64,000 bases of DNA, taken from positions 40,904 through 104,903 of the IMG/VR virus record IMGVR_UViG_3300021090_000723; one strand, given 5' to 3'. The notes under the pieces were generated by a model, which ran no database searches, was not told the DNA's origin, and saw only the letters and a program-made list of their open reading frames with translations. Positions 29,193 to 34,367 of the stretch are shown here, piece after piece. Position numbers and translations under genes: made by a program. The stretch comes from a virus. The first letter of the stretch is position 1, and each line of letters starts with the position of its first letter.

Positions 29193-29265
29193 GCTGAGGG
29201 GGGAGACGACGGACGGAAAGTCGGAACTGCGCATGCGGCTCTCACCCAAGATGGTGCGGCGGTTA

Positions 29266-29312
29266 GACCAACCGCCAGCGGGAGAGCACGCCGACGCAGA
29301 ACGCGGAGCATA
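29266..29312 (-). promoter_or_regulatory. -10 plus conserved 5' hairpin motif (copy 2)
   Basis: TATGCT followed by GTCGGCG-loop-CGCTGGC. Confidence 0.5.
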
Positions 29313-29337
29313 AACGAGACGGTGACGATGCGAAAGG

Positions 29338-29412
29338 TGGCAGCTGCTGAGGGAGTCGAACCCTACGTCCCCGGAGTCAAAGTCCGGTGCCCTACCGTTA
29401 GACCAAGCAGCC
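29338..29412 (-). tRNA. tRNA-Gln(TTG)
   Basis: Cloverleaf; loop CTTTGAC; CCA encoded. Confidence 0.92.
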
Positions 29413-29413
29413 G

Positions 29414-29489
29414 TGGCGCGCCCAGGGGGAGTCGAACCCTCCGTTTGCCGATTGAGAATCGGCGTTCCTGACCGTTAGAAGATGGGCGC
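29414..29489 (-). tRNA. tRNA-Glu(CTC)
   Basis: Loop TTCTCAA; CCA encoded. Confidence 0.92.
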
Positions 29490-29491
29490 AT

Positions 29492-29565
29492 TGGCGCAGC
29501 TGCGGGGAATCGAACCCCGGTTGTCGGAGTGAAAATCCGCTCTCCGGCCACTAGAGGACAGCTGC
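29492..29565 (-). tRNA. tRNA-Glu(TTC)
   Basis: Loop TTTTCAC; CCA encoded. Confidence 0.92.
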
Positions 29566-29568
29566 GAT

Positions 29569-29642
29569 TGGCGAGGGTGCGACGAATCGAACGCCGGTCA
29601 TCGGGTTTGGAAGCCGAGGCCCTACCACTGGGCGACACCCCC
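29569..29642 (-). tRNA. tRNA-Trp(CCA)
   Basis: Loop TTCCAAA; G73; C31-C39 mismatch. Confidence 0.85.
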
Positions 29643-29647
29643 TGAAG

Positions 29648-29721
29648 TGGTGCGGACGGAGAGGATCGAACTCTCACCCCCGGGTTGGAAGCCCGGTACT
29701 CTGCCGTAGAGCTACGTCCGC
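29648..29721 (-). tRNA. tRNA-Gly(TCC)
   Basis: Loop CTTCCAA; A73; CCA encoded. Confidence 0.92.
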
Positions 29722-29722
29722 G

Positions 29723-29793
29723 TGCGGGTCGCCGGAATCGAACCGGCATCAGCGGAGTGGCACTCCGCGGCCCAGCCAATAGACCAGACCCGC
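29723..29793 (-). tRNA. tRNA-Gly(GCC)
   Basis: Loop GTGCCAC; no encoded CCA. Confidence 0.88.
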
Positions 29794-29798
29794 AAAAA

Positions 29799-29873
29799 TG
29801 GACATGCGCGCCGGAATCGAACCGGCTCATCGCGATTTTGCAGACCGCCGCGTTCCCACCTCGCCCGCGCATG
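29799..29873 (-). tRNA. tRNA-Cys(GCA)
   Basis: Loop CTGCAAA; U73; CCA encoded. Confidence 0.9.
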
Positions 29874-29916
29874 CAAGCATCCAGTTCAGTTTGCGAAATT
29901 TCGATATTTCGATATT

Positions 29917-29990
29917 TGGCGACCCCACATGGATTTGAACCACGATTTCCAGAGTCAGAGTCTGGCGGCCTACCGTTGGCCGATGGAGCC
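29917..29990 (-). tRNA. tRNA-Gln(CTG)
   Basis: Loop CTCTGAC; CCA encoded. Confidence 0.92.
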
Positions 29991-29997
29991 TTGGAAA

Positions 29998-30074
29998 TGG
30001 TTGCGGGGGTCGGAATCGAACCGACGACGCCTGCGCCTTCAACGCAGCGCTCTACCGGACTGAGCTACCCCGCC
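29998..30074 (-). tRNA. tRNA-Phe(GAA)
   Basis: Loop TTGAAGG; CCA encoded. Confidence 0.92.
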
Positions 30075-30092
30075 AAGAGGCAGCGCGTTGGC

Positions 30093-30140
30093 TTATCGCC
30101 AACAACCTCGTTCGGGAAATCGTTGCTGTCGATTGAGCAT
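30093..30140 (-). CDS. Leader peptide D, MLNRQQRFPERGCWR (precedes the Phe/Gln/Cys/Gly/Trp/Glu tRNAs)
   Basis: Codons match the downstream tRNAs; 4 CGA; TAA lies in the loop of the GTTGGC/GCCAAC hairpin. Confidence 0.75.
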   Translation of the reverse strand: MLNRQQRFPERGCWR

Positions 30141-30145
30141 GCCAA

Positions 30146-30220
30146 TGGCTGCGGAGGACGGGCTCGAACCGCCGACCTCGCACTTAACAGGCGCTCGCTC
30201 TACCACTGAGCTACTCCGCA
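30146..30220 (-). tRNA. tRNA-Asn(GTT)
   Basis: Loop CTGTTAA; G73; CCA encoded. Confidence 0.92.
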
Positions 30221-30263
30221 CTGCCGTCTCCATTGGTTGGCCCACCAGGTGGGCGAGGCGCCG

Positions 30264-30292
30264 GTTTTGTCAACCGGGCCCCGAAATGTCAA
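30264..30292 (-). promoter_or_regulatory. Putative sigma70 promoter for the Asn/leader D block
   Basis: Two TTGACA hexamers (30292-30287 and 30273-30268); weak -10. Confidence 0.45.
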
Positions 30293-30305
30293 GCAGAGTG
30301 TAAAG

Positions 30306-30381
30306 TGGCGTCCCCGGTAGGAATCGAACCCACGTCTGGCCGGATTAGAAGTCCGGTGCCTTTCCGCTAGGCTACGGGGAC
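30306..30381 (-). tRNA. tRNA-Arg(TCT)
   Basis: Loop CTTCTAA; CCA encoded. Confidence 0.92.
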
Positions 30382-30383
30382 GT

Positions 30384-30458
30384 TGGAGGACCAGGCGGGG
30401 CTCGAACCCGCAACCGTTCGATTAAAAGTCGACTGCACCACCATCGTGCTGCTGGTCC
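30384..30458 (-). tRNA. tRNA-Lys(TTT)
   Basis: Loop CTTTTAA; CCA encoded. Confidence 0.9.
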
Positions 30459-30459
30459 G

Positions 30460-30531
30460 TGAACCGGGTGGGACTTGAACCCACAACCATCGGATTAAGA
30501 GTCCGCCGCACCACCATCGTGCTGCCGGTTC
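30460..30531 (-). tRNA. tRNA-Lys(CTT)
   Basis: Loop CTCTTAA; no encoded CCA. Confidence 0.88.
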
Positions 30532-30562
30532 AAAACGATCGCCGACTATAGTCGGCGGAAGT

Positions 30563-30637
30563 TGGCGTGCGCGGAGGGAGTCGAACCCACAGCTTCCAGA
30601 TTCGTAATCTGGCGCTCTTCCGTTGAGCTTCGCGCAC
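30563..30637 (-). tRNA. tRNA-Arg(ACG)
   Basis: Loop TTACGAA; CCA encoded. Confidence 0.92.
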
Positions 30638-30641
30638 AAAC

Positions 30642-30716
30642 TGGCGTTCCCGGGTGGATTCGAACCACCGCCCTTCAGATCCGGAATCTGACGCTCCTCC
30701 GCTGAGCCACGGGAAC
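30642..30716 (-). tRNA. tRNA-Arg(CCG)
   Basis: Loop TTCCGGA; CCA encoded. Confidence 0.92.
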
Positions 30717-30746
30717 AAGTCAAAAATCGCCACATCTGACGTAAAC

Positions 30747-30821
30747 TGGCGCGCGTTAGGGGTATCGAACCCCTGACCTTCCGGTTGACAACCGGGTGCT
30801 CTCCCTCTGAGCTAAACGCGC
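30747..30821 (-). tRNA. tRNA-Asp(GTC)
   Basis: Loop TTGTCAA; G73; CCA encoded. Confidence 0.92.
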
Positions 30822-30825
30822 AGTC

Positions 30826-30902
30826 TGGTCGCAGGGGCTGGGATCGAACCAGCGCATGACGCCCTTATGAGGGGCGGGCCTTTCCAGCTTGGCTACCCTG
30901 CG
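30826..30902 (-). tRNA. tRNA-Met(CAT), elongator (Ile2 not excluded)
   Basis: Loop CTCATAA; positions 1 and 72 paired. Confidence 0.85.
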
Positions 30903-30974
30903 TCGTTCTGGATGGTCTCGAACCACCGTCCTCACGATTATCGGTCGCGCGCTCTACCACTGAGCTACAGAACG
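30903..30974 (-). tRNA. tRNA-Ile(GAT)
   Basis: Loop CCGATAA (C33); no encoded CCA; abuts tRNA-Met. Confidence 0.88.
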
Positions 30975-30978
30975 TCAT

Positions 30979-31053
30979 TGGTACGCGCAGAGGGGATCGA
31001 ACCCACCGTTTCCGGGTCCACAACCCAGCGTCCTTCCATTGGACGATGCGCGC
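30979..31053 (-). tRNA. tRNA-His(GTG), type lacking G-1
   Basis: Loop TTGTGGA; G1-U72; A73; C at position -1. Confidence 0.9.
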
Positions 31054-31057
31054 GAAT

Positions 31058-31134
31058 TGGTCTGAGCGGCAGGATTCGAACCTGCGTGTACCTGGTCCCA
31101 AACCAGGTGCGTGACCAGGCTACGCTACGCTCAG
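31058..31134 (-). tRNA. tRNA-Pro(TGG)
   Basis: Loop TTTGGGA; CCA encoded. Confidence 0.92.
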
Positions 31135-31139
31135 GAAAA

Positions 31140-31216
31140 TGGTCGCCCCTGCACGGAATCGAACCTGCGACCTCCCGGGTGTAGGCCGGGCACTCTACCA
31201 GCTGAGCTAAGGGGCG
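31140..31216 (-). tRNA. tRNA-Val(TAC)
   Basis: Loop CCTACAC (C33); CCA encoded. Confidence 0.9.
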
Positions 31217-31268
31217 GCGCGGTGAACGGGGGAGCGGGCGTGGGCCCGCGGTGAGGGACGAGGTCGCC

Positions 31269-31346
31269 TTAGGCGACGACTATCCTATGCGGTCGAATGG
31301 ACATTCGCCGCTTTCTTGGATCTCGTGGTTTGAGAACCGTGCTCAT
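31269..31346 (-). CDS. Leader peptide C, MSTVLKPRDPRKRRMSIRPHRIVVA (precedes the Val/Pro/His/Ile/Met/Asp/Arg/Lys tRNAs)
   Basis: Codons match the downstream tRNAs; TAA forms the loop of GTCGCC/GGCGAC; promoter directly upstream. Confidence 0.8.
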   Translation of the reverse strand: MSTVLKPRDPRKRRMSIRPHRIVVA

Positions 31347-31354
31347 GGCCGGGG

Positions 31355-31383
31355 TGTATGACGGATCATCTTGTTGTCGTCAA
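31355..31383 (-). promoter_or_regulatory. sigma70-like promoter for leader C
   Basis: TTGACG-17nt-CATACA, 8 nt before the ATG (near-leaderless). Confidence 0.6.
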
Positions 31384-31391
31384 CAACGTGA

Positions 31392-31478
31392 TGGTCGGAG
31401 CGGAGGGATTCGAACCCTCTAGCCGCAAGCGGACCGGATTTACAGTCCGGCGCAACCCACCGTCTTTGCCGCGCTCCG
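31392..31478 (-). tRNA. tRNA-Tyr(GTA)
   Basis: Loop CTGTAAA; long variable arm; CCA encoded. Confidence 0.92.
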
Positions 31479-31514
31479 TATATCAAACAGGCCGTTTCGG
31501 TATACGTTTGAGAT

Positions 31515-31596
31515 TGGTAGGCCCGGAGAGATTTGAACTCTCACGCCGAGGCGCCTGCTTCTGAGGCAGGTGTGTCTGCCGTTCCACCACGGGCCC
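31515..31596 (-). tRNA. tRNA-Leu(CAG)
   Basis: Loop CTCAGAA; CCA encoded. Confidence 0.92.
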
Positions 31597-31598
31597 AC

Positions 31599-31675
31599 TG
31601 GTAGGCGCGGAGAGACTCGAACTCTCAGATGTCGGGATTTAACGCCGATGCGTCTGCCGATTCCGCCACGCGCCC
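31599..31675 (-). tRNA. tRNA-Leu(TAA) with a short variable region
   Basis: Loop GTTAAAT; Leu-type D arm; A73; 5-nt variable loop. Confidence 0.82.
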
Positions 31676-31682
31676 GAGAAGC

Positions 31683-31724
31683 TCAGGCAAGTCGTAAGGT
31701 GCGGTATCGTAGGTTCGTGCGCAT
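31683..31724 (-). CDS. Leader peptide B, MRTNLRYRTLRLA (precedes the Leu/Leu/Tyr tRNAs)
   Basis: GAAGGA SD; CTA, TAC, TTA and CTT codons; 2 CGA. Confidence 0.72.
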   Translation of the reverse strand: MRTNLRYRTLRLA

Positions 31725-31734
31725 GCGATCCTTC

Positions 31735-31763
31735 TTGCATTTCCCCGCGCGGCTGTCTACAGA
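31735..31763 (+). promoter_or_regulatory. sigma70-like promoter for leader A (in the divergent region)
   Basis: TTGCAT-17nt-TACAGA, 9 nt before the ATG. Confidence 0.55.
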
Positions 31764-31772
31764 GCGGCCACC

Positions 31773-31835
31773 ATGTTCCGAACGCGAACCACTCGAGCGG
31801 CACGAGCCGCAACACGATCAAGTTCCTCTTCCTGA
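31773..31835 (+). CDS. Leader peptide A, MFRTRTTRAARAATRSSSSS (precedes the Ser/Ser/Ala/Thr tRNAs)
   Basis: All four Thr codons, three Ala codons and four Ser codons are sampled; 5 CGA; stop lies 3 nt before tRNA-Ser. Confidence 0.82.
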   Translation: MFRTRTTRAARAATRSSSSS

Positions 31836-31838
31836 TAC

Positions 31839-31926
31839 GGAAGGGTGGCAGAGTGGTTTATTGCGGCGCACTGCTAACGCGCCGGACCTGAAGGTCCCGT
31901 AGGTTCGAATCCTATCCCTTCCGCCA
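31839..31926 (+). tRNA. tRNA-Ser(GCT)
   Basis: Loop CTGCTAA; long variable arm; G73; CCA encoded. Confidence 0.93.
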
Positions 31927-31931
31927 ATCTC

Positions 31932-32020
31932 GGATGGGTCCGCTGCGTGGGCGGCAACCGGCTTCGAATACCGGCATGGGGTCCGTCAGGGCAGGGGTTC
32001 AACTCCTCACCCATCCGCCA
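31932..32020 (+). tRNA. tRNA-Ser(CGA), atypical (possible 8/4 fold)
   Basis: Loop TTCGAAT; GGATGGGT/ACCCATCC acceptor; long variable region; G73; CCA encoded. Confidence 0.75.
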
Positions 32021-32039
32021 ATCTTCCAGATCAGGATAA

Positions 32040-32114
32040 GGGCTCGTAGCTCAGCGGGAGAGCACCGGCTTTGCATACCGGGTGTCGTGGGTTCGATTCC
32101 CACCGGGTCCACCA
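32040..32114 (+). tRNA. tRNA-Ala(TGC)
   Basis: G3-U70; loop TTTGCAT; CCA encoded. Confidence 0.93.
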
Positions 32115-32124
32115 GTTTGGAAAT

Positions 32125-32201
32125 GCCGGCGTAGCTCAGATGGTAGAGCAGTGTCTTTGTAATTCACAGGTCGCGGGTTCGAGTCCTCGCCGCCGGCTCC
32201 A
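32125..32201 (+). tRNA. tRNA-Thr(TGT)
   Basis: Anticodon TGT; CCA encoded. Confidence 0.92.
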
Positions 32202-32205
32202 AACC

Positions 32206-32526
32206 TCACCCGAGGGTGCAGATCGTGAATCGACCGCGCTTCGAGAACAGCTGCTTGGTCGCGTCCGTGTACCGCAGCTGGACGTGCCAGTTACCGGCTT
32301 GATCGAGTTGTCCGATGGTGAAGGTGTAGGTCACATACTCGTTGGGGAGGAACGTGCCGACCTCCGTCACGATTTCGAGCGCGCCCAGTTCCACGGCGGG
32401 GTTGGTCACCACCAGCGTGGTGTTGTCCGGCTTGGTGAAGGTGAGTTCGAGCCCGGTGAAGGCTGACATATCGTAGCCGACACCGAAGCGGATCTGGACG
32501 CCGAAACTACCAACGAAAATGGTCAT
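32206..32526 (-). CDS. BppU-N/Ig-like virion protein
   Basis: FTKPD..YTF..LDQAGNW.VQL pattern. Confidence 0.7.
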   Translation of the reverse strand: MTIFVGSFGVQIRFGVGYDMSAFTGLELTFTKPDNTTLVVTNPAVELGALEIVTEVGTFLPNEYVTYTFTIGQLDQAGNWHVQLRYTDATKQLFSKRGRFTICTLG

Positions 32527-32546
32527 GCTGGCTTAGCCCCTCTGTG

Positions 32547-32597
32547 GACCAGCCAGCGGACAAGCGCCGACCCTGCTTCGCGACTTGTAGCATATCA
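32547..32597 (-). promoter_or_regulatory. Extended -10 plus conserved 5' hairpin motif (copy 3)
   Basis: TGATATGCT then GGGTCGGCGCTTGTCCGCTGGCTGGTC. Confidence 0.65.
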
Positions 32598-32789
32598 CGG
32601 GCATGCGCACCCCGGCTCATAGACATCAATCGTGGCCTGCCCCATGGGCGAGCACGGCTTCGCGGCGAGCGTGTCCAGCATACTGCTCCACACATTGAGC
32701 ACGTCCATCATCGCCGCCGGCTCCCCGGGACACAGTTCCGGGGTAACGTCGATTGGCCCTTCACTGATGGATGCACATGGGTCCGGCAT
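32595..32789 (-). CDS. Small Cys/Pro-rich protein
   Basis: GAGGAG RBS. Confidence 0.55.
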   Translation of the reverse strand: MPDPCASISEGPIDVTPELCPGEPAAMMDVLNVWSSMLDTLAAKPCSPMGQATIDVYEPGCACP

Positions 32790-32790
32790 G

Positions 32791-33432
32791 TCAGCACTCC
32801 TCCTCGCAGCATGGGTTTCCATCAACGGCGAAATTGTCGGTCATCGGCGCATAGACCGCGAACGTCGGGACGAACGGCGGGGGTGGTAACTGCCCCGTTG
32901 CGAACGTGGACAAGATCGCGCCGGACAGTTTTGGCCTCAGCCTGATCGGCTCGGAGAGCGGCTGGAACCACTTCGAGACGAGCGTGGTCTCGGGCAGCGT
33001 CATGCCGAACGGGCTGATCGTGGTCGTCATCTGCAACGATGCGCGCAGGCCGCGCTTCAGCCGCGCCGGCTCGCGCCACGGGGCGTACCATTTGTCGAGC
33101 GTGACGACCTCGGTCTGGAAGTGCCAGACCATGGCCAGCTGGAACGCAACCGGCCGCTTCGTGCGGATCGGCTGGGAGAGCGGGATCAGCCAGCGATCGA
33201 CCGTCACGGCCTCCGCGTCCGTCATACTCTGCGGGTCCATCGCCGTCGCCTGCTGCTGCGATGGCTTGAGCCCTTGCACGCGCGGTGTCGGCACGTTGAG
33301 CGGCGCGAACCACTGGCTCATGAGGATCGGCCCGCCCACGCTCGTATCCGGCGCCTCGAAGCGCTGTAGCGCCTCTCGTAGCCGCGGCGGCTGGCGCACG
33401 GGCTCGGATAGAGGGCGGAACCAGTCGTCCAT
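32791..33432 (-). CDS. Protein with five W-x-x-P-L-S-E-P-x-R repeats
   Basis: Repeats are visible in the translation; TAATG coupling. Confidence 0.7.
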   Translation of the reverse strand: MDDWFRPLSEPVRQPPRLREALQRFEAPDTSVGGPILMSQWFAPLNVPTPRVQGLKPSQQQATAMDPQSMTDAEAVTVDRWLIPLSQPIRTKRPVAFQLAMVWHFQTEVVTLDKWYAPWREPARLKRGLRASLQMTTTISPFGMTLPETTLVSKWFQPLSEPIRLRPKLSGAILSTFATGQLPPPPFVPTFAVYAPMTDNFAVDGNPCCEEEC

Positions 33433-33719
33433 TACCTGATCCCATAGGATTCGAGCGAGCGTTGGCGTTCAAGCTGCCGTTCGATCTGCTGCTCGAGATC
33501 CTTCTCGAACGGGATGCAGGCCGCGCCATTGGCCATGAGACCGGTGCAGCGCGGGCAGAGCAGGCCGGTGCAGCGCGGGCACATTCCCCCGATGTCCTCG
33601 GGGCGCTCGCGCGGCTTGATGTGCGAGTGGCGCTGGCAATGCTTGCACATGAAGGTCTCGCCCTCATGCACCTTGCCGTCGAGGTCCGTCTCGAAGGTGT
33701 ACCCGCTCGGCTTGAGCAT
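33432..33719 (-). CDS. Zn-finger protein
   Basis: CKHC, CPRC twice, and a further Cys. Confidence 0.75.
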   Translation of the reverse strand: MLKPSGYTFETDLDGKVHEGETFMCKHCQRHSHIKPRERPEDIGGMCPRCTGLLCPRCTGLMANGAACIPFEKDLEQQIERQLERQRSLESYGIR

Positions 33720-33741
33720 CGCTTACCCCTATCAGTCGGAA

Positions 33742-33769
33742 GGGCGGGAGCGCTTCTGCTCTCCCGCCC
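33742..33769. terminator. Intergenic hairpin
   Basis: GGGCGGGAG/CTCCCGCCC inverted repeat. Confidence 0.45.
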
Positions 33770-33798
33770 CCCGGTAACTTGACGATCAGCGCGAAGGC

Positions 33799-34266
33799 TT
33801 ACTCTTCGTGCATCATCGTGCAGGTGGCCGTGCCGGTGTAACCGGCCGAGAGCGCGCGGAAGGCCACGCCGTTCTCGTCCACGGCCGGGATGATGAGTTC
33901 GGAGCCCGGGTTCGCGACCCAGCGATACGAGGCCCGCTGGTTGACGCCGATGAAGAACAGCGACGACGCGGCGGTGATGGTGCCTTCGGCGGTGTAGTTC
34001 GCCTCCGCGATCGAGCCCGCAGCACGGTTGCCCGGATCGATCAGGACGGGGAGGACCGCAGTCGCGGTGCCGGCGGCCGTCTGCCTGGAGATATCGTATT
34101 CCAGGAAGTTGTCGGCAGGCGTCCCGTTCGTGCCGAAGAGCACGTCATAGACCTTGGCGTTCGTGAGGGTGGCGGTCTCGGCCGTCAGCGAGAGCAGCGT
34201 CTTGAAGGTGCCCGAAATGGCCTGCTGCACGCCACCGAGGTCATTGTTTGAGGAATAGCGCGCCAT
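33799..34266 (-). CDS. Beta-rich virion structural protein
   Basis: T/A/G-rich; GGGAG RBS. Confidence 0.65.
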   Translation of the reverse strand: MARYSSNNDLGGVQQAISGTFKTLLSLTAETATLTNAKVYDVLFGTNGTPADNFLEYDISRQTAAGTATAVLPVLIDPGNRAAGSIAEANYTAEGTITAASSLFFIGVNQRASYRWVANPGSELIIPAVDENGVAFRALSAGYTGTATCTMMHEE

Positions 34267-34298
34267 AAAATATCTCCCTGGCTTGGCTCAGATTGCGA

Positions 34299-34352
34299 GA
34301 CCAGCCAGCGGACAGGCGCCGACCCTGTGGTGATGCTTCGCGGAAGATAGCA
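34299..34352 (-). promoter_or_regulatory. Extended -10 plus conserved 5' hairpin motif (copy 4)
   Basis: TGCTATCTT then GGGTCGGCGCCTGTCCGCTGGCTGGTC. Confidence 0.65.
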
Positions 34353-34367
34353 CCGCGCCCGGTGCGA

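Noticed and set aside
29569-29642. Reading this tRNA as Gly(TCC)
   Set aside because: The stem register gives loop TTCCAAA and G73, which indicates Trp.
31932-32020. tRNA-Sec
   Set aside because: The anticodon is CGA, not TCA, and no sel genes are present.
29363-32466. ORF-track proteins of 60-170 aa across the tRNA array
   Set aside because: They overlap clear tRNA cloverleaves and are spurious.
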